Shown: positions 9,110-18,708 of the stretch, piece by piece | Layout of the letters: every line of letters starts with the position of its first letter | How positions within the stretch are numbered: the stretch's first letter is position 1 | Assembly: GCA_046497275.1 (NCBI GenBank) | Contig: JAWOFX010000167.1 | Span: 1-32,000, forward strand | DNA length: 32,000 nt | Direction of reading: 5' to 3' | Source of the DNA: Promethearchaeia archaeon | Lineage (GTDB): Archaea; Asgardarchaeota; Lokiarchaeia; Sigyniarchaeales; SOKP01 | The notes under the pieces: generated by a model | Told to the model about the DNA's origin: nothing | The model's input: the letters and a program-made list of their open reading frames with translations, nothing else | Databases searched by the model: none | Translations under genes and position numbers: made by a program

Positions 9110-10099
9110 TTAACAACTAATAAAATCATTTTTCAATGATTTCATCCATTTTTTATTTTTATTATTCAAATTAATTGTTTGAATTCTTTTTCTATTGATC
9201 ATAAAAAAATCATTTCTAGCAAGAAAAAGAATTTCACACAAATCGATAGTAAATTTCTTTAAATCACAGAATAGTTCATTCTGATCAATACTTATTGTGT
9301 GAACGTGATTTTCGTAATATTTTTTACTTAATTGAGAAAAGAATTTAATATTTAGGATAAAAATAAGATAACAGCGTGAAAAAATGATGAGGATGGTTAA
9401 TGTAAGTTTATCCTTGGTTTCTTGAATAGTAATAAAATAAGATTTTTTATTATAATAGTAATAAGAAAATTTTAACCAAAGAAAAACAATTTGGAAGAGA
9501 ATGATAAAATTAGAAAAAATAAATGGTTTAGAGATCTTATGGGAAAATTTTAATTTATTAATAGACCCTAATCCTATAATTTTAAATTTTTTTCTTAGAG
9601 TTTTTTCTTTAAATCTTCTAATAGGGTGTATAGATAAAAGTTTATTATTAGATATGAATATAGAGTCGAAATTTTGACTATTTATGAAATCTAACTCCAT
9701 ATTTTCTTCTATATCAGAAGTTTCATTATTTGGTTGATAATAATAATAAAAATTAAGATCTGAGAGTAATGAATTTGGTTCTTCTGGATATCTAATTCTA
9801 GCATAAAACCTAAATATAACTCCATTAAGATAAAAAAGAACATTATAGAAGATAATAATATCTAATAAATTCCCTAAACTAAAAAATACATTCGGTCCTA
9901 TTCTTGAGGTAAATTCAAAAATCTTAAAAGAGGATAACCAAGGAAAGAGTATTGATCCTCCAGAAATCATATAATCGCAAAATAAATACTTTAAATGAGG
10001 TAAATTACTTAAGTGGTTTAATAAAAAGATAAGAGGGATATATGAAAGAAGAGATATCATCAAAATGATAATTTTGATCTTTAAATCCTTCTTTAACAA
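9110..10099 (-). CDS. Uncharacterised membrane protein X (copy 3), TTG start
   Basis: 329-aa ORF with conserved X motifs at N- and C-termini. Confidence 0.75.
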   Translation of the reverse strand: MLKKDLKIKIIILMISLLSYIPLIFLLNHLSNLPHLKYLFCDYMISGGSILFPWLSSFKIFEFTSRIGPNVFFSLGNLLDIIIFYNVLFYLNGVIFRFYARIRYPEEPNSLLSDLNFYYYYQPNNETSDIEENMELDFINSQNFDSIFISNNKLLSIHPIRRFKEKTLRKKFKIIGLGSINKLKFSHKISKPFIFSNFIILFQIVFLWLKFSYYYYNKKSYFITIQETKDKLTLTILIIFSRCYLIFILNIKFFSQLSKKYYENHVHTISIDQNELFCDLKKFTIDLCEILFLARNDFFMINRKRIQTINLNNKNKKWMKSLKNDFISC

Positions 10100-10231
10100 A
10101 TTTAATCCCTTCTCTTAATTTTAGTAATGTCTAAATAATTTTTTTTAACAAAAAATAATATATAAAGTTTGTTATTTGTTGATCCAATAATAGTCAAAGA
10201 GAATATTGAATCATTTTTTCACTAAAAAATA

Positions 10232-11311
10232 TTAATAAAAGATGTCTTCATTAAAATCTTTAACAGTATTGATCATAGCTTTCACATTTTCGGGTTTGAC
10301 TATTGTATTTAATTGTTGAGTCGGGGAAATTATTATACGAGAATTGTACTTTTTTGCAGATCTTATTAATCTCCTAACATATTGGTCAACTTTAAAAGGA
10401 TTGCTATAAGTTAATAAGCTTCCATTATCGAGATTTCCTATGAAACAAATTTGATTACTATATTTTTTAAAAAGTTCAAAGATGTTATTTCCCGCAGTTG
10501 ATTCTATACTTTGTATTCCATCGAAACCCACCTCAATAATAAGATCAAATAGGTTGGAAATATAGCCATCTGAATGGAGGATTATATGATTTTGGTTAGA
10601 ATGTATCATTTCAACAATATCTTGATATTTTTTAAAAAAAAGTTCATGAATTAAATTTTTAGGAATAAAAGTTCTCTGCTTATATCCTAGATCATCCGCT
10701 ATAAGAAAAATTGATGCCCCCGAGTCTTGTAAAAGCTTAATTAATTTTATCAAATAATCGTAGAAAAACTGAATAACTATATTTATTAGTTCTATGTTAT
10801 TTCTTAGAGATTTTGAAAAAGTTATAAATCCCATCGACTGCCATGTTTTCTCAAATAAGCCCGGTAAAGATAAAAAAAAATCAATCCCTTCTGTATTTTC
10901 CAGAAATTTCTTGAGTCTTTTAAGTTCCTTCTGATTTGGGGTTTTTAATTTTGACCAAGTTTCAACGATCTTTTCAGTTTTAAACACTCCCTCCCAGGAA
11001 TACCATCCATTTTTATAGACTCTACCCCATGAATCTATTCTTTCTTTGTTTTTTTCTAAATTATAATTATCATCTGATGCAACTCTTCGAAAATCCCATA
11101 ACGAAACTGCATCAAATCCCATATTTTTAATAATCGAATAATCTTTTCCGTTTAGTATTAAATCTTCATTATGATCAGAAGGAATATTATATTTATTCCT
11201 ATAATTCTCAATAAAAAGGTCTTCAGGAAAACCAGTGCAATATAATGAAATCTTGTTCTTTTCCGTTTTAGTAAGAATTTTTTTAAAGGAAATTTTATAT
11301 CTCTCTGAAAT
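10232..11311 (-). CDS. Uroporphyrinogen decarboxylase / MtaA-CmuA methyltransferase superfamily protein; probable non-canonical (ATT) start
   Basis: ADDLG, HSDG, GFDGIQSIE and CFIGNLD motifs; frame is open for 63 codons upstream of the ATG at 11122 to an in-frame TAA at 11314-11312 (ISERYKISFKKIL...). Confidence 0.8.
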   Translation of the reverse strand: MSERYKISFKKILTKTEKNKISLYCTGFPEDLFIENYRNKYNIPSDHNEDLILNGKDYSIIKNMGFDAVSLWDFRRVASDDNYNLEKNKERIDSWGRVYKNGWYSWEGVFKTEKIVETWSKLKTPNQKELKRLKKFLENTEGIDFFLSLPGLFEKTWQSMGFITFSKSLRNNIELINIVIQFFYDYLIKLIKLLQDSGASIFLIADDLGYKQRTFIPKNLIHELFFKKYQDIVEMIHSNQNHIILHSDGYISNLFDLIIEVGFDGIQSIESTAGNNIFELFKKYSNQICFIGNLDNGSLLTYSNPFKVDQYVRRLIRSAKKYNSRIIISPTQQLNTIVKPENVKAMINTVKDFNEDIFY

Positions 11312-11419
11312 TTATTTAAATAGGGTATTTCTCTTAAACAATATAATTATTTGATTTAATTAGAAATTTATTTGATTATAAATTTTCAATTATAAATTAA
11401 TAGTTTTTTATTTGATATT

Positions 11420-12556
11420 ATGAATTATTGGGAAATAGTAGCTGAAATATATAATTCGAGCTTAACCTACACATTATTGGCGATAGTATTTTTAATGGTG
11501 TATATAGGTAATAAAGGAAGGAAAAAAAACCCATACGGGAGTTTATCTACCTTTGTTTGCGCGGGATTATTACTATTTGTAGCATATTATAATTCAATTT
11601 TTGGGCTTTTTGATTATCCTTTCAATGGTTTTATGATGTGGTGGATTGGATTCTTATTAATTTTATTTGGTGGATTTGGCTGGCAAGTTAAAAAAAAATT
11701 AAATGAAATGGATGACCAAGATTTACTTAAACCAAATGATGAGTTATCTAGAATGGAAAGATATCTTAAAAAAATGAATGAAGAAGATCCCTATAGGGAT
11801 CAAATTCCAATAAAAATGGAAATAGTCCGGAAGAGCTTTCACCTAACTGGATTATTATTTATTTTTGGATATTTCAGTCTTTTCTTTCTGCCCCCAATCG
11901 CAGATTTAGCAAATTTAGGAATAATTGTTTTAATAAATTCAACTGAATCAGTTTATAATTTTTTTTGGGGGGACTTAGCTAACTACCCTTATCTTATAGG
12001 AAGTTTTGAGGCCATTATTGATATTACTTTGTTCGGTTTAGTTGGAGCATTTATGTTTATGATTATTTCTGATTTAATTAGAGTATTATGGGCACCAAAA
12101 TATTCAATGTTCAATTTCTTAACTCGTTCTGTGTTGAGGAATCAAGAAAAAAACGCAGTAGGACCCCATATTTATTTAATTGTTGGAGCAATTTTTTCCT
12201 ATATCTTATATGTGCTTGGAGTAGTTCATATTTTAGCATTCACAGCGGGATTGATGATAGCATGTTTTTCTGATGCTTTAGCCGCATTAGTAGGGAGGAT
12301 ATTCGGAAATAAAAAAGTAATTTGTATGGGGGGTCAAGAAAAAACAGTAGAAGGGTTTATTGCAGGTGTCGCAAGTGCGTATCTTTTTGGGTTATTTATT
12401 GTTGGACCATTATATGCTCTAGTAGGGGCATTTATATTTTTCTTATTTGATTATTTTCCAATGCGAATTGCTGATAATATCTTAAATCCCATTTTCATAA
12501 CCTTAGGAATTCAGATTACTCAAATCATAATAGGTTTTCCTTTAGGTCTCTTTTAA
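11420..12556 (+). CDS. CTP-dependent polyprenol/diacylglycerol kinase family (dolichol/phytol kinase-like) membrane protein
   Basis: RKSFH motif, SDALAALVGRIFG..K..KTVEGFIAG cytidylyltransferase-family motif, DNILNP, many TM helices. Confidence 0.85.
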   Translation: MNYWEIVAEIYNSSLTYTLLAIVFLMVYIGNKGRKKNPYGSLSTFVCAGLLLFVAYYNSIFGLFDYPFNGFMMWWIGFLLILFGGFGWQVKKKLNEMDDQDLLKPNDELSRMERYLKKMNEEDPYRDQIPIKMEIVRKSFHLTGLLFIFGYFSLFFLPPIADLANLGIIVLINSTESVYNFFWGDLANYPYLIGSFEAIIDITLFGLVGAFMFMIISDLIRVLWAPKYSMFNFLTRSVLRNQEKNAVGPHIYLIVGAIFSYILYVLGVVHILAFTAGLMIACFSDALAALVGRIFGNKKVICMGGQEKTVEGFIAGVASAYLFGLFIVGPLYALVGAFIFFLFDYFPMRIADNILNPIFITLGIQITQIIIGFPLGLF

Positions 12557-12712
12557 TCTCATAAAATTAAAGTAGGCTTTAAAAGGAGAGAATAAAGACT
12601 AAAGATTTACTTGTTTCCAACCTATTAGATTTTTTTGGAGTTAATAATTCGAATTAAAACTAAATCTGATTAAACTAAAAGATAAAATAAATGAGATATT
12701 ACCTAAGATGAT

Positions 12713-13558
12713 ATGATTGAACTAATTAGCGAATTAAAAGATCTTAAATTAGCAATATTTGATTTAGATGGTGTAGTTTATCGAGGAAATCAATTAATAG
12801 ATAATGTTGATAAAATTATTGAAAACTTAAAGCAACACGAAATAGAAGTGGTATATAATTCAAATAATTCCACAGCAACTCGAGAAATGTATGTTAAACG
12901 ACTAAATAATATGAAAATTCCAAGTAAAAAAGAGGATTTTTATACAAGTGCTTCAATAACTGCATCTGAGATCGCTAAATTAAAAAAAAATGCCAATATA
13001 TTTGTAATTGGTGAAGTTGGGCTAAGAGAGGAACTCAAGTCAAAAGGACATAACATTATTACAAAAGAAAGTAAGTATATGGATGTTGATTTCGTAATTG
13101 TGGGATTGGATAGACATTTCAATTATAAGAATTTAAGTATTGCTCAAAAATGTATAATAAAAGGGAAAGCTAAATTTTATGCCACTAATTCCGATTCCAC
13201 TTTACCAAGTGAGGATGGATTAATGCCTGGAGCGGGTGTAATGGTTAACGCGGTGTATACATGTACAAATAAAAACCCTATAAAAATTTTTGGAAAACCT
13301 AATCCTTTTGGAATTTTATCAATATTAGAGGAGAAAAAAATTAGACCTGATAAAGCATGCATATTTGGTGATAGATTAAATACCGATATTATTGCGGGCA
13401 ATAGGGCAGGTATAAAAACAGTAGCAGTTCTAACTGGTGTCGCAACAATGGATGAAATAAATAGTCTCAAAAATAAATCAAATAAAACAGATCAAATCGA
13501 TAAAAATTTAATTCCCGACTTAGTACTTGAAAACCTAAGCTATATCTTTAAGAATTAA
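12713..13558 (+). CDS. HAD-IIA hydrolase (NagD-like phosphatase)
   Basis: FDLDGVVY, SNNS, ATNSD, GKPNP, GDRLNTDI. Confidence 0.92.
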   Translation: MIELISELKDLKLAIFDLDGVVYRGNQLIDNVDKIIENLKQHEIEVVYNSNNSTATREMYVKRLNNMKIPSKKEDFYTSASITASEIAKLKKNANIFVIGEVGLREELKSKGHNIITKESKYMDVDFVIVGLDRHFNYKNLSIAQKCIIKGKAKFYATNSDSTLPSEDGLMPGAGVMVNAVYTCTNKNPIKIFGKPNPFGILSILEEKKIRPDKACIFGDRLNTDIIAGNRAGIKTVAVLTGVATMDEINSLKNKSNKTDQIDKNLIPDLVLENLSYIFKN

Positions 13559-13917
13559 TTTAATTTAAAATTTTGAAGTATTTTTAGAAAATTATGTTCA
13601 TATCTTTCTGTTTTTATCGCATTTAGAAGTTTTTCAGCATATAATTCTAATTTTTCTTCATAATCTTCCGGATCTTCTAAAATATTTAACAACAAAACTA
13701 AAAAGAAGTTTTTTTGAGGGCCTGAATAATAGGAAACAAAATTAATCGACTCTAAATTTAACCATGCGACTCCTTTTTTTCTCGAATATTGGTGCATATT
13801 ATAAATTTGGAGCAAGGTTTTCGTAGAGATTTTCTCCTCAATTGCCTCGGGATATTGATCAATCACTTCAATACCACTTCTATCATTCCATTGCATTATT
13901 AGAAGACCTTCTGGCAT
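13555..13917 (-). CDS. Small longin/uDENN-like domain protein of Asgard type
   Basis: MPxGLLxMxWNDRxGxEVIxxYPE N-terminus, SYYSGP, LVLLLN.LEDPEDYE pattern that I recall from Lokiarchaeia longin-like proteins; GGGAG upstream. Confidence 0.6.
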   Translation of the reverse strand: MPEGLLIMQWNDRSGIEVIDQYPEAIEEKISTKTLLQIYNMHQYSRKKGVAWLNLESINFVSYYSGPQKNFFLVLLLNILEDPEDYEEKLELYAEKLLNAIKTERYEHNFLKILQNFKLN

Positions 13918-14130
13918 ATGAAATTTTTTCTCCCTAAAACCTTGTTAGTATTATCATAATAATACAAATACTTGTTTTTAAACTTCTTTAGTCCTACTTA
14001 AAATTGTAATAAAAATCTTTTTTCAAAATTTTCTTCATTTATCTCAATTCAAAAAACTCGCAGACTCTTTACGTTTAAAATGTTTGTCTACTTATAACTC
14101 ATAAGCTTTTAAAATGAGGGAACGAATTAA

Positions 14131-14319
14131 ATGAATAATATTGTTCAAAAAAGAATAACAGAACTTCAACGTGCTATAGAAATTTTAGAAGATCATCTGA
14201 ACAAATTTAAACATAATATCAATTTAGAACAAGTGAGATTTATTCAAGGAAAACTTGATCTGTATAAAAGAGAAATAAAAATTCGGAAAGATTTTCCGGT
14301 TGCTGAAATAATAAATTAA
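14131..14319 (+). CDS. Small helical hypothetical protein (62 aa)
   Basis: GAGGG upstream of ATG; amphipathic heptad pattern (ITELQRAIEILEDHL; IQGKLDLYKREI). Confidence 0.6.
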   Translation: MNNIVQKRITELQRAIEILEDHLNKFKHNINLEQVRFIQGKLDLYKREIKIRKDFPVAEIIN

Positions 14320-15050
14320 TATAATTATAAGTTATAACGCTTTATCTTTTATTTTAAATCCTTTTACTTTTTAGGATTATTTATAATAAATTCGTTTTCT
14401 TTGAATAATAAGAACTCTATCCTCTTTATTTTCTCTTTAATATTAGGCATTTATATTGACCTTTATCTAGATAGTTAAAATAGAAGGATATCACTAGCAC
14501 AAATTTTACATTTATGTAAGTAACAATCCGTTAATATGTAAGATCGTTTTCGTCATTTCTTCAGAACAATTCATACTTTTTAATTACTGTTGCTGTGGAA
14601 GAGATGAAGAAAATTATGCTATCTTAAGTACTCAACCTATTTTTTATTAATTTTAAAAAATCTTAATTGAACAATTTTCACATCCCTTTTAAATCCAACA
14701 AAAATTTCGAACAGATCGAGTTTGCGATTGTTCATTTAAGAGTAATCTATCCGACAAAATATGAGCTAAGAGATTTCCAAAAATGTCCCTGGAAATAGTC
14801 AAATTATAAATTTAGAAAAAGATTTTAGAGTCTTAAACTAAATGGGATGAAATGGCTCGAATATTGATTTTATAGAGCAATCTTTATAGAATATGAATAG
14901 AATAGGCTTAGAAAACAGCCTTTAGATTTTGTCGTATATTTGATTAGCTAGTTGAAAAGTTATTAATCACAAAATAAAATAATTACAAAATATCAACAGT
15001 TTAATAATGTTTAAAATTACGAATTTCGCATAAAAAGGAAGTATAAAAAA

Positions 15051-15626
15051 TTAGAAAGTTCTGGTTTCTTGAGTCAAAACCCCAGATCTCTGCATCAAAA
15101 CATGAGTTAGTCTTCGAAAAATCTCCTCAACATTTTCCCCGGTTTTTGCTGAGCATTCAATATAATCATATAAATTCTGAACTTGAACTACTTTTTTTGC
15201 TTGTTCATGGGTGACTGAGCGCTTATATTTAAGATCTAATTTTCCCCCAACCATTAATACTGGGAGTGAATTACCATGGTTTTTCATATGATAGCCATTT
15301 CTAAAAATATTTAACCAGTCATCAAAATTTTTCAAACTGGTATATCGCGTAATATCGAACATAAAAATTCCTCCTGCAGCTCCGTGAACATAACTTGGCA
15401 AAAGAAATCGGAATCTATCTTCACCGGCAAAATCCCAAATTTGCAATGATACTTTTTTCCCATACATCATGAGTTTTTTCACGTAAAAATCAACACCGAT
15501 TGTCATAGTGGTGGATGTATCGAAGATTCCTGTAAGGTAGCGCTTAACTAGAGTGGTCTTTCCTACCCCCCCATCGCCAAATATGATTAATTTGAACAAA
15601 AAGTCGCTGGAAATCTTATTTTTCAC
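15051..15626 (-). CDS. Rab-like small GTPase
   Basis: G1 GDGGVGKT, effector TIGVDF, G3 WDFAGEDRF, G4 GGKLD, G5 ECSAK; no C-terminal prenylation cysteines. Confidence 0.93.
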   Translation of the reverse strand: MKNKISSDFLFKLIIFGDGGVGKTTLVKRYLTGIFDTSTTMTIGVDFYVKKLMMYGKKVSLQIWDFAGEDRFRFLLPSYVHGAAGGIFMFDITRYTSLKNFDDWLNIFRNGYHMKNHGNSLPVLMVGGKLDLKYKRSVTHEQAKKVVQVQNLYDYIECSAKTGENVEEIFRRLTHVLMQRSGVLTQETRTF

Positions 15627-16047
15627 CTTCTGAATTTGTAATAGAAATTTTAAGTATCATAATTTTGATAATCATTTATCCAATCTCAAAATATATTCTT
15701 AAATAAATTTACTCAACTTTAAGATATTACTATTATAAAAATAATTTGTTTTAAAATAAATTTGTATTTCATAAAAGCCCTATGACAAATAACAAAATAC
15801 TGATAGACAATCTAATTTCTTAAATAATAACAGAAGTAAAAATTAGGTTTACAAATTTTTTAAAAAAATGATTTATATTATATTATTCTAAAAGAAATAG
15901 AATTAAAATCTTTAATTGATTGATAAGATATATCATTCTTATCCATATAGAGAGTAAATGCAGATTAAGAAGAATTAAAAGGTATTATTATTGCAATAAA
16001 TTTATTAATTATTCAGTTTAAAAAATATCGAGAAGAAATAATTAGAA

Positions 16048-17217
16048 ATGAGCGAGAAAAACACAAAAGTTTCGATTGTAAAAATTGATGATTTTTCAAC
16101 CGTTGAGGATGCTATCATCCATTCAATAGAACTCATAGAACCGAATTTTGAATTTAATATTAATAGTTTAAAATATATCCTCTTGAAGCCAAATTTATTA
16201 ATTAACAAGAAAAATGCGTGCACTCAACCTCAATTTATAAGGGGAGTGATTCAATATTTAAAGAAAAAAGGAGTAAGTATAGATAATGTATTTATTGGGG
16301 ATTCTCCAGGACAATTTAAAAAAAGTGCTTCCGATATAGCGAAAAAAGTAGGTATTTATGAAGTTTGTGAGGAGGAAGGAGTTGAATTTTTAGAATTTGA
16401 AAATGAAATTCCTTATCATGAAAACATAGAAAGAAGTGAGAAGTTACATGAATATTTTGTTTCAAGACCGGTCAAAGATTGTGATTTAGTCATCAATTTG
16501 CCAAAACTAAAAACTCATGGAGAAGCTACTATGACTGGAGCGGTAAAGAATTATTGGGGAATTATCCCAGGCGGATTAAAAGCGAAATATCATTTATTGG
16601 GAAAAAATGCTTTGGAATTTGGAAAATGTATTGCTGATAATTTTTCTTGGGTGGTTAAAAATAAACCCAATCGAATAATAGTATATGATCTTCAAAAGGT
16701 TATGCAGGGAAAAATGGGGCCCGTTTCTGGTAATATGATCGATTGGAACCTCGTTATGACTGGAACAGACGAATTAACGTTAGATATAGTTGCTTTAGAA
16801 ATTGGTAATGTGAAATCGGAATATATTCCTCATCTAAAAGAAGCGAAAAAGAGAGGACTAGGAGTAGGAAACCTTAAAGACATAGAAATTGTAGGTATTC
16901 CGTTATACGAGGCTAAAAAATTCACTCCTGAATTTAAAATTCCAGGCAAACGAATGATAAAGATAGGAGCATATATTACAAGCCGTCTTGTATATAAAAT
17001 TACTAAAAAAATTCCTATTTTAGATAAAAAGAAATGCATAGGTTGTCAAGAATGTGCCCAAATATGTCCTGCAGAGGCTATCGAATTTATTGATTCAAAC
17101 TTTCCCCAATTTCAAAGAAGTAAATGTATTTCATGTTTATGTTGCTCTGAACTCTGCTCTCAACAGGCAATAACAACTAAGAGGAGAGGAATTAAGGGTT
17201 TATTTAAAGGAAATTAA
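16048..17217 (+). CDS. DUF362 domain protein with C-terminal 2x[4Fe-4S] ferredoxin
   Basis: LLKPNLL, IGDSPG, NLPKLKTH, TGAVKNYWG; CIGCQECAQICP and CISCLCCSELC. Confidence 0.9.
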   Translation: MSEKNTKVSIVKIDDFSTVEDAIIHSIELIEPNFEFNINSLKYILLKPNLLINKKNACTQPQFIRGVIQYLKKKGVSIDNVFIGDSPGQFKKSASDIAKKVGIYEVCEEEGVEFLEFENEIPYHENIERSEKLHEYFVSRPVKDCDLVINLPKLKTHGEATMTGAVKNYWGIIPGGLKAKYHLLGKNALEFGKCIADNFSWVVKNKPNRIIVYDLQKVMQGKMGPVSGNMIDWNLVMTGTDELTLDIVALEIGNVKSEYIPHLKEAKKRGLGVGNLKDIEIVGIPLYEAKKFTPEFKIPGKRMIKIGAYITSRLVYKITKKIPILDKKKCIGCQECAQICPAEAIEFIDSNFPQFQRSKCISCLCCSELCSQQAITTKRRGIKGLFKGN

Positions 17218-17246
17218 ACCAAATTTAGATTTTGACCAATCTTTCT

Positions 17247-18632
17247 TCACAAATATTTCTGATAATTCATTAAAAATAAATAATATCCAATCCTTGCATT
17301 TTCAATTGATTTTAATTGTACAAATTCATTAGCAGTATGGGCATATCCCCCTACTCCTAACCCTCCTGTTATATAGTCAGTCTCAAGGTTATTTTGAAGA
17401 ATATTCAAAGGAGAGGCAGCTGCACTTATAGGCCAGAGTTCAGTAGATATATTCAATTCTTTAAAAGAATCGATAAGGCTTTTAACCAATTTAGAATCTT
17501 TAGAAACTCGTGAGCTCCTATATCCTATAGTTTTAGATATATTTAAATTGGAGTTTATTAATGAAGATAATTTTTTTGCTTTTTCTTGTATTTCATCGAA
17601 TATATTTTCAATTGGAACGTCATGAGCAAACCTAATATCAATATTACATGAACAGGAATTAGGAACGGAATTTTTGATTCCAGTATTCAAATAACCTGAT
17701 TTTAACGTGGAAATATTAAATGTGGGGTCGAAAAGATACTTAAGAAAAAATTGTCTTGGATCTTGAAAAATAAAATTATTTACACCTGCTTTTTGCGCAA
17801 TCTTTTCTATATTTATGCTAGATTTAAGATTTTCAATTAGCATATCCTCTTCATTATTTAATTGATAATCACTTGAGAGGGAATGAATGGATATTTGGTT
17901 ATTTGAATAAAGTAAATTAATTACTTTTATTAAATCTCTAGCTGGGTTTGGAATCACATTACTATAGGAAGAATGAACCTCTTCATTCTCGGAAGATGTT
18001 TCGATAGTGAGAGATATGATACCTTTATAACCCAGTTTTAAAACAGCTTTTCCCTCGAGATTTTGTTTTAATGCGGGATAATAAACACCATTGCATTCTT
18101 TTAATATTTTTTCATATTTTTGAATAAAATATGGCAAGGAAGGAGAGCCAATTTCTTCCTCTCCGTCAAAAAGCAAATAAAGAGAAAATGGTAAAGCGTG
18201 TTTTGATTTTAATATTTTAATAACATTCAAAAAACAAATTAAAGGAGTTTTAGAATTATAAGCTCCTCTTGCAATAATACAATCCCCTAATTTAGGCAAG
18301 AAAGGCAATTTTCTTATTTTTGCTTCAAATGGAGGAGATATCCAACTCTTATTATCTTTAATTGGTTGAGTATCATACATCATATAAATTAATAAGGAAG
18401 ATTCAGTATTTCCCTCTATATATGAGAGTAATATAGGATTAAATTCTCCCTTAAATTCAATAATATTCTCTGAAATTGGAGAAAGAGAAGATTTTATAAA
18501 TTCAAGTGTTTTAGAGATTCCATCTGGATTATTAGATTCACTAGAAATTTGTAAAAATGGGGTTAATTCATTTTTAATAAATGATGTATTAGTTTTGGTT
18601 ATTTTTTTTATTTCAATATTTTTTTCTGTCAT
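17247..18632 (-). CDS. M20/M25/M40 family metallo-hydrolase with non-canonical metal ligands
   Basis: MMYDTQP, ARGAYNSK, DGEEEIGS, HSS, DIRF, AHTANE. Confidence 0.85.
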   Translation of the reverse strand: MTEKNIEIKKITKTNTSFIKNELTPFLQISSESNNPDGISKTLEFIKSSLSPISENIIEFKGEFNPILLSYIEGNTESSLLIYMMYDTQPIKDNKSWISPPFEAKIRKLPFLPKLGDCIIARGAYNSKTPLICFLNVIKILKSKHALPFSLYLLFDGEEEIGSPSLPYFIQKYEKILKECNGVYYPALKQNLEGKAVLKLGYKGIISLTIETSSENEEVHSSYSNVIPNPARDLIKVINLLYSNNQISIHSLSSDYQLNNEEDMLIENLKSSINIEKIAQKAGVNNFIFQDPRQFFLKYLFDPTFNISTLKSGYLNTGIKNSVPNSCSCNIDIRFAHDVPIENIFDEIQEKAKKLSSLINSNLNISKTIGYRSSRVSKDSKLVKSLIDSFKELNISTELWPISAAASPLNILQNNLETDYITGGLGVGGYAHTANEFVQLKSIENARIGYYLFLMNYQKYL

Positions 18633-18708
18633 TTTTTTTCAATTCATTGTAAAATTAAATTGCTATTAATAATTACTCTAGATAAATATAAGCGAATCTC
18701 ATAAATAT

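Larger units (their letters stand above)
2017..10099 (-). repeat. Tandem triplication of an X + GT2 module
   Basis: Three X/GT2 pairs in the same order and orientation, with long near-identical nucleotide stretches between the GT2 copies. Confidence 0.9.

Noticed and set aside
3420-10099. Idea that the X genes are shadows of plus-strand genes or non-coding repeats
   Set aside because: The plus-strand frames I inspected hit stops quickly, and synonymous changes between copies fit the minus-strand frame
14667-14798. Plus-strand TTG-started ORF of about 43 aa
   Set aside because: No RBS or recognisable motif; short
15922-15943. Inverted repeat GATAAGA-N8-TCTTATC upstream of the DUF362 gene
   Set aside because: Single 7-bp AT-rich stem; not distinguishable from chance
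16005-16223. 72-aa minus-strand ORF
   Set aside because: Antisense to the DUF362 gene start; F/I/K/S-rich shadow composition
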